Of a DNA stretch of 64,000 bases, positions 1-8,704 are shown piece by piece; positions within the stretch are counted from its first letter, which is position 1, and each line of letters begins with the position of its first letter. The notes beneath the pieces are model-generated. The model was not told the DNA's origin and did no database searches. It saw only the letters and a program-made list of their open reading frames with translations. This DNA comes from an uncultured Chitinophagaceae bacterium. Its GTDB lineage: Bacteria; Bacteroidota; Ignavibacteria; UBA10030; UBA8401. The stretch spans positions 8,713 to 72,712 of the forward strand of contig CAYPEM010000015.1 in assembly GCA_964409765.1 (NCBI GenBank). The letters are read 5' to 3'. The translations under genes and the position numbers were made by a program.

Positions 1-485
1 GTTTTAGCGTACTGTTGCAAATCAAGACGTTTTCCATCCGGCCAATCTTCCCAATATCCCGTTCCCCAATCTTCGATCACATATAATCCGTTAGGCTTCA
101 AATGATTAGTAAACAAATGCCAAAATGTTGTTTTCGTCACCTCACCTAAATGAGATGCATCGTCGATAATGATATCAAAACCTTCGGGTGCGGTTTGTTT
201 TGCAACATCGGATAAAAATTTTGTATCGGCTTGATTTCCTTCAAAAAGTGAGATACGTTCCGTCTGTTTGAATCCTTTCGGAAGTTCTATATCGATTCCG
301 ATAATTTGCGCCTTGGGAAAATAATCCTTCCATAGTAATACCGACCCACCATGACGAACTCCAACTTCAAGAAGTGTAATATTTTTGTCCAGCCAAGTCT
401 GAAAGATCGGATCGTAGTGATCCAGATAGTGGCTTGCAATTTTATCGGAATTGTATTGTTCTAAGTTAAGTTCTTTGCTGCGCAT
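1..485 (-). CDS. class I SAM-dependent methyltransferase, C-terminus cut by window edge
   Basis: Absent from the ORF track because it runs off the edge. Hand translation of the minus strand from ATG (483-485) gives MRSKELNLEQYNSDKIASHYLDHYDPIFQTWLDKNITLLEVGVRHGGSVLLWKDYFPKAQIIGIDI...GFDIIIDDASHLGEVTKTTFWH. It has a glycine-rich motif I (LEVGVRHGGS) and an acidic IIDDASH motif, as in Rossmann-fold methyltransferases. It starts 13 nt after the carA stop on the same strand. Confidence 0.55.
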   Translation of the reverse strand, partial: MRSKELNLEQYNSDKIASHYLDHYDPIFQTWLDKNITLLEVGVRHGGSVLLWKDYFPKAQIIGIDIELPKGFKQTERISLFEGNQADTKFLSDVAKQTAPEGFDIIIDDASHLGEVTKTTFWHLFTNHLKPNGLYVIEDWGTGYWEDWPDGKRLDLQQYAK

Positions 486-498
486 CGGAATGGCACTG

Positions 499-1638
499 TT
501 AGTTTTTCTGTTTTTCCATCATTGAAATGAATTTAGAAAAAAGATAATCGCTGTCGTGAGGTCCTGGTGATGCTTCCGGATGATACTGCACGCAGAAAAG
601 CGGGAATTGCTTATGTTCAAATCCTTCTACCGTCTGGTCGTTTAGATTGATATGCGTCAGTTCGATCTGTGATTGGTCCATTGATTTCCAATCCACAGCA
701 AAACCATGGTTCTGTGAAGTTATTTCAATCACATTGGTGCGAAGATTCTTAACGGGATGATTCCCGCCGCGGTGACCGAATTTTAATTTATATGTTTTTC
801 CTCCGAGTGCTAGACCGAGAAGTTGATGGCCGAGGCAAATTCCGAAGATCGGTTTTTTTCCGATCAGTTTTTTGATATTCAAAATTGCATACTTCACCGC
901 ATCAGGATCGCCTGGACCGTTTGAAAGAAATATCCCGTCCGGATTCATTGCCAATACCTGTTCTGCCGAATAGCTTGCCGGAACGATCACTAAATCGCAG
1001 CCATACGTTGCAAGGCGGCGGAGAATATTCTGCTTCACTCCGTAATCAAATACTACCACTTTATATTTTGCATTATTCGTTTCGCCATTTTTTGTTGTCA
1101 ATGCATAGGCTGTTGTATCTATTGCACTCCAGTGATACTCTTTTTGTGTGGTGACCTTTTTCGCAAGATCAAGTCCATTCATGTCCGGAGATGCTTTGGC
1201 TTTTGCGATCAGACTATCGTCGTTCAGATCTGTAGTGGAAATAACGCCGCGCATTGCACCTTGATCGCGTAAAATTTTCGTCAGCATCCGCGTATCGATC
1301 CCCTGGATCGCAAGAATATTGTTTTTCTTTAACCAATCTCCCAGCGATGAATTTGCACGCCAGTTACTGTAAAAATCAAAATATTCCTTCACAATGAATC
1401 CGCTTACCTGCGGTTTTACTGATTCAAGATCATCCTCGTTCACACCATAATTTCCAATCAACGGATAGGTCATGGTGACGATTTGTCCCGCGTATGAAGG
1501 GTCAGTAAGGATCTCCTGGTATCCAGTGATACTCGTATTAAAACATACTTCACCGTATGTTTCACCTTCGGCACCGAAATGTTCTCCGGTAAAAATTGTT
1601 CCGTTCTCTAATGCAAGTTTTGCGATCATTGTTCTCAA
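499..1638 (-). CDS. carA: carbamoyl-phosphate synthase small (glutamine amidotransferase) subunit
   Basis: 379 aa. The N-terminus LENGTIFTGEHFGAEGETYGEVCFNTSITGYQEILTDPSYAGQIVTMTYPLIGNYGVN is typical of CarA. The class I amidotransferase core is present (GICLGHQLL ... YHPEASPGPHD). Confidence 0.95.
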   Translation of the reverse strand: MRTMIAKLALENGTIFTGEHFGAEGETYGEVCFNTSITGYQEILTDPSYAGQIVTMTYPLIGNYGVNEDDLESVKPQVSGFIVKEYFDFYSNWRANSSLGDWLKKNNILAIQGIDTRMLTKILRDQGAMRGVISTTDLNDDSLIAKAKASPDMNGLDLAKKVTTQKEYHWSAIDTTAYALTTKNGETNNAKYKVVVFDYGVKQNILRRLATYGCDLVIVPASYSAEQVLAMNPDGIFLSNGPGDPDAVKYAILNIKKLIGKKPIFGICLGHQLLGLALGGKTYKLKFGHRGGNHPVKNLRTNVIEITSQNHGFAVDWKSMDQSQIELTHINLNDQTVEGFEHKQFPLFCVQYHPEASPGPHDSDYLFSKFISMMEKQKN

Positions 1639-1690
1639 ATAATATGACGATGGTATCGTAGTTGTTCATCATGAAAATACAAAATATTTG

Positions 1691-1719
1691 TTGACAACTG
1701 AAATACAATTTTGTTTATT
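1691..1719 (+). promoter_or_regulatory. candidate sigma-70-type promoter for the L-box/dapBAD transcript
   Basis: Perfect TTGACA at 1691-1696, a 17-nt spacer, then TTTATT at 1714-1719 (alternative TATTAC with a 19-nt spacer). It would start transcription just before the riboswitch core at 1731. The region is AT-rich, so a chance match is possible. Confidence 0.35.
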
Positions 1720-1727
1720 ACTATAGT

Positions 1728-1905
1728 CTTAGAGGAGCGGTGCACACGAGTAATCACGCTGAGAACAGAACAGTTCAATGATGCGCGATGAAAAGGTTTG
1801 CTGGTAGTACCGCCGAAAGATGGAATGTGTTTCCATTCCATGCTTGGGATGCAAGAATACGACTTGCAGACTGTTGTTTCGAGATATCGGAACAATGAGC
1901 TATTG
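1728..1905 (+). promoter_or_regulatory. lysine riboswitch (L-box) aptamer
   Basis: Ordered conserved cores: AGAGGAGCGGT (from 1731), CGAGTAAT, GATGAAAAGG, GTACCGCCGAAAG (GCGGT pairs with ACCGC), and GCTTGGG followed by the hairpin TGCAAG-AATACGA-CTTGCA. These are followed by ACTGTTG and the hairpin TGTTTCGA-GATA-TCGGAACA (1875-1894). They match the L-box cores as I recall them (GAGGnGC, GAGUA, CUGAAAGG, GCCGAAG, CCUGGG + GAAUAC-loop hairpin, ACUGU). The element sits directly upstream of lysine-pathway genes. Confidence 0.8.
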
Positions 1906-1957
1906 ACGATCTGCCAGAATCTATTTTACCGAATTATTTCGGTGCATTTCATTCAAA

Positions 1958-1992
1958 CGTGGAGAGTCCTTAGCGAACCCTCTGCGTTTTTT
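1958..1992 (+). terminator. probable riboswitch expression-platform terminator
   Basis: CGTGGAG ... CTCTGCG can pair (7 bp including two G-U) and is followed by TTTTTT (1987-1992), 18 nt before the dapB start. Confidence 0.4.
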
Positions 1993-2009
1993 CATTTTAA
2001 ACCAATTGG

Positions 2010-2768
2010 ATGAATATGAATATTGCATTGATCGGATATGGCAAAATGGGTCACGAAATTGAGACTATTGCAGTCCAGCGTGGACATTCACTGAGAGAAG
2101 TTTTTTCCTCCAGTTTTCCTCTTCCGCCGGCATCATCAGATTTTTATAAAACCCATTCCATCCAATGTTGTATTGATTTTTCTCAACCATCACTTGTTCG
2201 TGCACATAGTGAAATTTGCAGCTTGGTAGGAATTCCGTTGATCGAAGGAACAACGGGCTGGCAACATCAGAGGAATGACATCCTTTCTGCTGTTAAAAAA
2301 CAAAATGGTACTCTTATTTACGGAAATAATTTCTCCATAGGAGCACAGATATTCTTCAGAATTATACGAAACGCAGCAAAACTAATGGATGGTTTTACGG
2401 ATTACGATGTATCTATTCATGAAACACATCATGTCAAAAAGAAAGATGCACCAAGCGGCACGGCGGTTACCATTGCACAAGAAATTCTGTCCCAACTGAA
2501 TCGAAAATCTACGATCAAAAAAAACAATGATCTTTCGATCATCACACCCAACGAGATCGCTATTTCAAGTTCACGTATCGGAACCGTGTATGGAAATCAT
2601 TCTGTGTTATTCCATTCACCGGCGGATGAAATTGAATTGATCCATCGTGCTCACAATCGTTCTGGTTTTGCTCAAGGGGCACTTCTTGCGGCAGAATTAA
2701 CGCAAACGATCTCGGGAATTCATTCCTTCGAAGAACTCATCTTTGAACACACATTTACTCATCACTAA
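2010..2768 (+). CDS. dapB: 4-hydroxy-tetrahydrodipicolinate reductase
   Basis: 252 aa. Has an N-terminal NAD(P)-binding IALIGYGKMG, EGTTGW, and the DapB signature HETHHVKKKDAPSGTA. An alternative ATG lies at 2016. Confidence 0.9.
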   Translation: MNMNIALIGYGKMGHEIETIAVQRGHSLREVFSSSFPLPPASSDFYKTHSIQCCIDFSQPSLVRAHSEICSLVGIPLIEGTTGWQHQRNDILSAVKKQNGTLIYGNNFSIGAQIFFRIIRNAAKLMDGFTDYDVSIHETHHVKKKDAPSGTAVTIAQEILSQLNRKSTIKKNNDLSIITPNEIAISSSRIGTVYGNHSVLFHSPADEIELIHRAHNRSGFAQGALLAAELTQTISGIHSFEELIFEHTFTHH

Positions 2769-2780
2769 AGGGATTCAAAT

Positions 2781-3683
2781 ATGTCATCTCAATTTTCATT
2801 TCGCGGTGTAGCAACTGCACTGGTAACACCCATGCAGTTAAACGGAGAAGTCGATTCCGATTCTCTTCGCCGGTTGGTTGAATATCAAATTATCAACGGT
2901 GTGCAGGGACTTGTTCCATGCGGCACAACCGGCGAAAGTGCAACCCTTTCTCATCCCGAACATCACCATGTCATGGAAGTTGTTGCAGAGCAGGCCAATG
3001 GAAGGGTTCCCATTATTGTCGGTGCCGGTAGCAATTCAACTCGTGAAGCTATCTCATTAACACAACATGCAAGAGCAATTGGCGCTGATGCTGTTCTTTC
3101 TGTTGCACCGTATTATAACAAACCAACGCAGCAAGGATTCTTTGAACATTACAAAGCAATCGTTGATGCCGTAGATATACCTGTCTTTGTCTATAATGTT
3201 CCCGGAAGAACAGGAAGCAACATCAACGCAGAAACTACGCTTCGACTATCAGAACTTTCGGGGATTGCCGGGATCAAGGAAGCATCTGGAAATATACCGC
3301 AAGTGATGGAAATTTTACGGCATCGTCCGGAGAATTTCGTGGTGTTGTCCGGTGATGATGCGCTGACACTTCCGATGATGGTTCTTGGTGCCGATGGAGT
3401 TATTTCCGTTGTTGCAAACGAAGTTCCATCTCTATTTTCAATCATGGTGCGACTTTGTTTGGAAAGTCAGTTTATTGCTGCACGGAAAATCCATGAACGG
3501 CTTCTTGATCTGATGAATTTGAATTTTATTGAATCGAACCCGATTCCGGTAAAATCCGCATTGTCGATGATGGGAATTATCTCCGAAGCGTATCGATTGC
3601 CTTTAACTCCGATGTCGCTAGATCATAAATTCCAACTACGACGTACATTGGAAGAATTATCGTTAGTGGAGCATGTTGCATGA
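2781..3683 (+). CDS. dapA: 4-hydroxy-tetrahydrodipicolinate synthase
   Basis: 300 aa. Contains GVATALVTPM, GLVPCGTTGESATLS and YNVPGRTG; the catalytic Lys context is IAGIKEASG. Confidence 0.92.
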   Translation: MSSQFSFRGVATALVTPMQLNGEVDSDSLRRLVEYQIINGVQGLVPCGTTGESATLSHPEHHHVMEVVAEQANGRVPIIVGAGSNSTREAISLTQHARAIGADAVLSVAPYYNKPTQQGFFEHYKAIVDAVDIPVFVYNVPGRTGSNINAETTLRLSELSGIAGIKEASGNIPQVMEILRHRPENFVVLSGDDALTLPMMVLGADGVISVVANEVPSLFSIMVRLCLESQFIAARKIHERLLDLMNLNFIESNPIPVKSALSMMGIISEAYRLPLTPMSLDHKFQLRRTLEELSLVEHVA

Positions 3684-4510
3684 AAAAAGCGATTACAATA
3701 CAAGAATCAATTGAACAGGAATTTAGTAAACCGACAAGAAATGCTGGCAAAATATTCTCTGAGTTTATCACATTGTTGGATCACGGAACGATTCGAATTG
3801 TAGAAAAGAAACAAACTGAATGGGTCGTGAATCATTGGGTGAAAAAAGGAATTCTGCTCGGATTTAGATTGGGGAAATTACATTCCGTCATTCCGGCAAA
3901 ACCATTTACGTTTTTTGACAAACATACATTTCCATTAAAAAAAATAGTTGCAAAAAATAATGTTCGTATTGTTCCGGGCGGGACTTCTATTCGCAAGGGT
4001 GCGTATGTTGCATCATCAGTCATCATTATGCCTCCTTCATACATCAACGTTGGAGCATTTGTTGAAAAGAACGTATTGATTGATTCACACGCGCTGGTCG
4101 GTTCATGTGCATACGTGGGTGAACGTGTACATCTCAGCGCTGCTTCGCAGCTTGGCGGCGTGATCGAACCGATTGGGGCACTTCCTGTGATCATTGAAAA
4201 TGACGTATTTATCGGAGGAAATTGCGGGATTTATGAAGGAACCATTGTTCAAAAGAGAGCAGTGCTTGGTTCCGGAGTTATACTTAACGCCTCCACACCG
4301 GTGTATGACCTGGTCAACGAAACGGTCATTCAAAAAAACTCAAATGGATCGGTAGTTATCCCTGAAAATGCCGTAGTTGTTGCAGGTGCAAGGAATTATA
4401 ATTCCTCGTTTGCCCATAAGCATGGATTACATCTTTACACACCGTTGATCGTAAAATACCGCGATGAAAAAACAGATGCGCGAACAGCGTTGGAAGAGAG
4501 CTTGAGATGA
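3680..4510 (+). CDS. dapD: 2,3,4,5-tetrahydropyridine-2,6-dicarboxylate N-succinyltransferase
   Basis: 276 aa, with a 4-nt overlap with dapA. The hexapeptide-repeat core VRIVPGGTSIRKGAYVASSVIIMPPSYINVGAFVEKNVLIDSHALVGSCAYVGERVHLSAASQLGGVIEP aligns by eye with E. coli DapD as recalled. Confidence 0.85.
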   Translation: MKKAITIQESIEQEFSKPTRNAGKIFSEFITLLDHGTIRIVEKKQTEWVVNHWVKKGILLGFRLGKLHSVIPAKPFTFFDKHTFPLKKIVAKNNVRIVPGGTSIRKGAYVASSVIIMPPSYINVGAFVEKNVLIDSHALVGSCAYVGERVHLSAASQLGGVIEPIGALPVIIENDVFIGGNCGIYEGTIVQKRAVLGSGVILNASTPVYDLVNETVIQKNSNGSVVIPENAVVVAGARNYNSSFAHKHGLHLYTPLIVKYRDEKTDARTALEESLR

Positions 4511-4515
4511 TGATT

Positions 4516-5892
4516 TTATGCTTCTTTTAGATTGTATTGTTGGATCTTAGTATAGAGTGTCTTGAGAGAAATACCAAGGATTTTCGCGGAGAGATTTTTA
4601 TTCCATTTTGTATTATTCAATACTGCTGCAATGTGTTCAGTTTCCAACTCCTGAATGGAGATTGCAGAGCCGATCTTTCCATTTCCTCCGGAAGAACTAT
4701 TCTGGGAGGAGGATAAACGCAATGGCAGTGCGAGATCTTTCGGACGAATGAACTCATCATTACACAATACAATTGCCCGTTCGAGTACATTTTCCAATTC
4801 GCGAACATTACCGGGCCAGGGATATTCGATCAATGCCTGGAGCGCGTCTGCATGGAGCTGTTTTTTAACGGTCTGTTTATTCTTTCGATCCAGGATACTT
4901 TGCGCAAGTAATGGAATATCTTCTTTGCGATTTGTCAGCGATGGTATAATCAGTGTGATCACATTGAGACGATAGAGAAGATCTTCACGGAACCGTCCTG
5001 CTTTCACTTCCTCTATAAGATTTTTATTTGTTGCAGAAATAATTCTTACGTCGGATTTGAAATTCTTATTTCCTCCAACCCGGCGATATTCACCGGTCTG
5101 GATGAAGCGAAGCAGTTTCGGTTGAAATACCGTACTGACTTCTCCAATTTCATCCAGAAATAATGTTCCTCCATGGGCAATTTCTACCAGACCTTGACGC
5201 ATCGCTTGAGCATCAGTGAACGCTCCTTTTTCGTGACCGAATAATTCACTTTCGATCAATGTATCGGGAATAGATGCGCAATTAAGTGCTACGAATGGGT
5301 TCTCCGCACGCGGCGAATTTTTGTGAAGAAAATTAGCAAAGAGTTCTTTTCCGGTACCGCTTGCACCTTCAAGCAACACCGTAGAATCACTCGGCGCAAC
5401 TTTGCCGGCTAATTCCAGCACTTTCATAAACTCAACGCTCTGCCCGATCAATTTTGAGGATTGTGCTAAACGGGAAAGTTCAGATTTTAATACTTTGTTC
5501 TCTATAACTAGTGTGCGTTTTTCTATTGCGTTATTTACGAGTGATAATAATTCATCGACCGCGTATGGTTTTGGAAGAAAGTGGAACGCACCCATTTTCA
5601 TACAATCAACTGCCATCCGAACGTCAACCACCGCCGTTAACATGATCACTTGCGTATCGATAAAATTCTGTTTGATGAAATTGAGAACTTCAATTCCATC
5701 TACTCTCGGCATACGTACATCGAGCAGCACAAGATCGAACGGTTTTTCCTGCAATTGATTGATCGCAGCTACTCCATCTTCGGCAGTCATAACCGTATGA
5801 CCTTCAGCGGTGAGAAGTGAATGAAGCATCGTTCGAAAATCAGCTTCATCATCAACAACAAGTATACGAGCAATATTTTTAGTCTTAGCCAT
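4516..5892 (-). CDS. sigma-54-dependent response regulator (NtrC family: REC + AAA+ + Fis-type HTH)
   Basis: 458 aa. REC domain (ILVVDDE ... LLDVRMP ... PKPY), Walker A GASGTGKE, the sigma-54 contact loop ESELFGHEKGAFTDA, and a C-terminal HTH (AKILGISLKTLYTKI). No kinase gene is adjacent. Confidence 0.9.
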   Translation of the reverse strand: MAKTKNIARILVVDDEADFRTMLHSLLTAEGHTVMTAEDGVAAINQLQEKPFDLVLLDVRMPRVDGIEVLNFIKQNFIDTQVIMLTAVVDVRMAVDCMKMGAFHFLPKPYAVDELLSLVNNAIEKRTLVIENKVLKSELSRLAQSSKLIGQSVEFMKVLELAGKVAPSDSTVLLEGASGTGKELFANFLHKNSPRAENPFVALNCASIPDTLIESELFGHEKGAFTDAQAMRQGLVEIAHGGTLFLDEIGEVSTVFQPKLLRFIQTGEYRRVGGNKNFKSDVRIISATNKNLIEEVKAGRFREDLLYRLNVITLIIPSLTNRKEDIPLLAQSILDRKNKQTVKKQLHADALQALIEYPWPGNVRELENVLERAIVLCNDEFIRPKDLALPLRLSSSQNSSSGGNGKIGSAISIQELETEHIAAVLNNTKWNKNLSAKILGISLKTLYTKIQQYNLKEA

Positions 5893-6015
5893 AAGAGTGT
5901 GTGAAAATATAGGTGTTTATCCCTTCACCTGCAAAGTCATTCTTTCACCGTTGTTAATATTTTAGTATTATTCATTATATACAAGACTTCAACATCCATT
6001 GCCGGGAATTAACCT

Positions 6016-6345
6016 ATGTTTACCATCGTTCTTTTAACTGCTTCAAATATTTTTATGACATTTGCTTGGTACGGTCATTTAAAGTTTAAGGATGTTTCAT
6101 TATGGAAAGTAATTTTAGCAAGCTGGGGAATTGCCTTTTTTGAGTATTGTCTTATGGTTCCGGCAAATCGTTATGGTCATAGTCAATTTAACGCTGCAGA
6201 ATTAAAGACCATTCAAGAGATCATTACATTGATTGTTTTTACTATCTTTTCAGTTGTCTATCTCAAAGAAGAATTGCGATGGAATTATATCGTTGGATTT
6301 TTATTTATCATTGCTGCCGCATTTTTAATTTTCAAAAAATGGTAA
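6016..6345 (+). CDS. small DMT-superfamily membrane protein (DUF486-like)
   Basis: 109 aa and very hydrophobic, with about 4 predicted helices. The N-terminal NIFMTFAWYGHLKF matches my recollection of the DUF486/EamA-like small protein family. Confidence 0.55.
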   Translation: MFTIVLLTASNIFMTFAWYGHLKFKDVSLWKVILASWGIAFFEYCLMVPANRYGHSQFNAAELKTIQEIITLIVFTIFSVVYLKEELRWNYIVGFLFIIAAAFLIFKKW

Positions 6346-6527
6346 ATACTCCCCTTAGCGCTATATTGTTTAAATTTACCGATTCCCCGCCTGAATTCAC
6401 CGAAAAAAGTGCATCTTTTATGTTTTTTCAAAGTAAATTTATTTAGTAGTTCTTTGAAAAGACTTCTTTATCCGATTTATTAAATTTCTTTCATCTCATT
6501 GTAATAACAATGAAACTTAATTATATT

Positions 6528-6555
6528 GGAAACCGTAGAAACTAATCAAGTTTCC
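6528..6555. promoter_or_regulatory. inverted repeat GGAAAC-N16-GTTTCC, candidate TetR operator (copy 1)
   Basis: Read directly: TGGAAACCGTAGAAACTAATCAAGTTTCCTA, preceded by TGAAACTT (6511-6518). A same-sized 28-bp unit recurs at 6620-6647. Confidence 0.35.
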
Positions 6556-6585
6556 TACAATATAATTAAGTCTATAACGTCAAAC

Positions 6586-6608
6586 AATGCAGGAACTCTG
6601 CATTTTTT
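6586..6608 (+). terminator. hairpin plus T-run (rho-independent terminator-like)
   Basis: AATGCAG-GAACT-CTGCATT followed by TTTT. It lies 240 nt after the DUF486 gene stop and between the two GGAAACC inverted repeats. Confidence 0.4.
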
Positions 6609-6619
6609 ATTGAAACTTC

Positions 6620-6647
6620 GGAAACCAAAAAAACGTAACAGGTTTCC
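6620..6647. promoter_or_regulatory. inverted repeat GGAAACC-N14-GGTTTCC, candidate TetR operator (copy 2)
   Basis: Perfect 7-bp arms, preceded by TGAAACTT (6611-6618). It ends 27 nt before the TTG start of the TetR gene (RBS AGGAGAG at 6663-6669). Confidence 0.45.
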
Positions 6648-6673
6648 ATATTGCAAAGCAATAGGAGAGAAAA

Positions 6674-7315
6674 TTGTCCGATTTAGAATTGAAAGAACGA
6701 ATTCTTACAGCTGCAAGAGAATATTTTTTTACCAACGGATTCAGTAAAGTCACTATGGAAGAGTTTTCCCATAGTATAGGAATGAGCAAAAAAACTATTT
6801 ATAAGTTCTTTCCCAGCAAGGATGAATTGGTAAAAGCAATCACACACGAAAAACTTGTCAATATCCATAATCGTTGTGAAATGTTTAGAAATGATTCATC
6901 AATGGAATTTATCGACAGGATCAAATCAACCATCGGGTACCTAACCACCGAAATGCAAATGATGAAACCGCAGTTCTATATTGACGTGCAACGTAATATG
7001 CCCGACCTCTGGAAAGAAGTTGATAATTTCCGAAATGAAAAAGTCACCAACGATTTTGCGATTATGGTTCAACAAGGTGTAGATCTCGGTATTTTTCGGA
7101 GCGATGTGAATGTGCAAGTATTTGTTTTGATGTATGCAAACGCAATGCGGAGTATCGTCAATCCCGAAACACTTTCTCATCTCCCTCTTAATTTAAGCCA
7201 GGCGTATCAAGCTGCTGTTACAGTCTTTTTTGAAGGAATGATGACCGATGACGGCAGATCAAAATATAGGAACAAATTAAATGAACCAATTAAAGAAAAG
7301 GTATTAGCGCAATGA
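6674..7315 (+). CDS. TetR/AcrR family transcriptional regulator
   Basis: 213 aa with a TTG start. The N-terminal HTH is ILTAAREYFFTNGFSKVTMEEFSHSIGMSKKTIYKFFPSKDELV. Its stop overlaps the start of the downstream efflux genes by 4 nt. Confidence 0.88.
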   Translation: MSDLELKERILTAAREYFFTNGFSKVTMEEFSHSIGMSKKTIYKFFPSKDELVKAITHEKLVNIHNRCEMFRNDSSMEFIDRIKSTIGYLTTEMQMMKPQFYIDVQRNMPDLWKEVDNFRNEKVTNDFAIMVQQGVDLGIFRSDVNVQVFVLMYANAMRSIVNPETLSHLPLNLSQAYQAAVTVFFEGMMTDDGRSKYRNKLNEPIKEKVLAQ

Positions 7316-8661
7316 GTACAAAAACAATCATCACAATTATTATGATCAGTTCAATGGTGGTAGCACAGAATAAACTGTCATTGACCATCGAACAAGCAGT
7401 TCAAACAGGATTAGAGAACAGCAAAGCGTTGAAATCATCGCAATTCAAAGTTGCTGCTGCTGAAGCAAAGACAAGTGAAGCCAATGCGGCAGGATTACCT
7501 TCGGTAAAATTGAATGCGGCTTACACCAAATTAAGCGAAGTTGATCCATTTAAATTAAACTTTCCTGCATTCGGCACTCTTCAGCCAGACAACAAAACCG
7601 TTCTATTCAATACGGTTGAAGCACAACTTGGCGATAATGTGACAAATAATTACACGTTACGAGCAACGGTACAGCAGCCATTATTTACCGGCGGTAAGAT
7701 TTCAGGAGCAAAAGATATTTCAGAAGCCTCTTACGAAGCGACAAAAGAAGATTTCAAAAAAGATAAATCCGATCTAATCTATAACATTAAAAGCGCATAT
7801 TGGAATTTATTTCGCGCCAATGAATTTAAAAAGATGGTTGATGAAAATGTCGGACAGATCAAAGCGCATGCTGCAGATGCAGAGAATATGATGAAACAGG
7901 GATTATTAACGAACAATGATCTCTTAAAAGTTCAGGTACAGTTATCTGATGCATTGGTCCGGCAGATTGATGCAAAAAACAATGTTACGTTATCAATGAT
8001 TGCCTTAAATAATACTCTTGGACTTCCACTAACAACGGAAATTGAAATTCTCTCTCAATTACAAACAGGTATTTCAACATCCGCTGATATCAATGGACTT
8101 GTCAAAAAAGCAGTGGAAAATCGACCTGAAATATTAGGAATGAATGCCCGTCTTAAAATGAGTGAATCAAATCTTTCCATTGCTCGTTCTGGCTGGTATC
8201 CGCAGATATTCCTGGTGGGAAATTATAATTATTTGAATCCAAATCAACGCATTTTTCCATCAAAAGCGGAGTTCAAAGGAACATGGGATGTGAGTATTTC
8301 TCTTTCATACGATCTGTGGAATTGGAATACTTCCGGAAGCCAGTCTGCACAAGCGGAAGCTCAATTATCGCAAACGGAGCAAGCATTGTCACAAATGAAA
8401 GATGGAATTTTATTGGAAGTGACTCAAAGTTATTTGACACTCAACCAAACCAATGAACGCGCGGCTGTAGCCCGCAAAGGAGTAGAACAGGCAGAAGAAA
8501 ATTATCGCGTGACCAATGAACGATACAAAAAAGGATTGAATGTCAATTCTGATCTTTTGGATGCCGAAGTCGCCTTATTGCAGGCAAAGTTAAATTTAAC
8601 TCAATCATTGATCGATTACGAATTATCCAATGCGCGGCTCTCCCGCTCAATTGGTGAATAA
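7312..8661 (+). CDS. TolC-family outer-membrane efflux protein
   Basis: 449 aa. Has a signal peptide and two long coiled-coil/beta repeats typical of OEP proteins (LSLTIEQAVQTGLENS ..., PEILGMNARLKMSESNLSIARSGWYPQI). It is the first of three efflux components. Confidence 0.85.
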   Translation: MSTKTIITIIMISSMVVAQNKLSLTIEQAVQTGLENSKALKSSQFKVAAAEAKTSEANAAGLPSVKLNAAYTKLSEVDPFKLNFPAFGTLQPDNKTVLFNTVEAQLGDNVTNNYTLRATVQQPLFTGGKISGAKDISEASYEATKEDFKKDKSDLIYNIKSAYWNLFRANEFKKMVDENVGQIKAHAADAENMMKQGLLTNNDLLKVQVQLSDALVRQIDAKNNVTLSMIALNNTLGLPLTTEIEILSQLQTGISTSADINGLVKKAVENRPEILGMNARLKMSESNLSIARSGWYPQIFLVGNYNYLNPNQRIFPSKAEFKGTWDVSISLSYDLWNWNTSGSQSAQAEAQLSQTEQALSQMKDGILLEVTQSYLTLNQTNERAAVARKGVEQAEENYRVTNERYKKGLNVNSDLLDAEVALLQAKLNLTQSLIDYELSNARLSRSIGE

Positions 8662-8704
8662 CTTTTTATAATACTTTACACTAAAATATTAAGGATAAAT
8701 ACAA

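Noticed and set aside
488-510. TGGCAC hexamer (GGAATGGCACTGTTAGTTTTT) as a possible sigma-54 -24 element
   Set aside because: The -12 position reads GTTTT rather than TTGC. The site is on the plus strand between two minus-strand genes, with no plus-strand gene downstream.
885-1154. 89-aa plus-strand ORF inside carA
   Set aside because: It is antisense to a well-supported conserved gene and has a Pro/Arg/Leu/Ser-rich shadow-frame composition.
1635-2013. Track ORFs 1635-1895 (minus, 86 aa) and 1798-2013 (plus, 71 aa) in the carA/dapB intergenic region
   Set aside because: They overlap the L-box aptamer and its terminator. They have no RBS and an odd Cys/His/Arg-rich composition. The structured RNA explains the region better.
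4508-4518. Only 5 nt between the convergent stop codons of dapD and the sigma-54 regulator
   Set aside because: It is noted as unusual packing, but no structure or element can be supported in 5 nt. It probably just means termination occurs inside the opposite gene.
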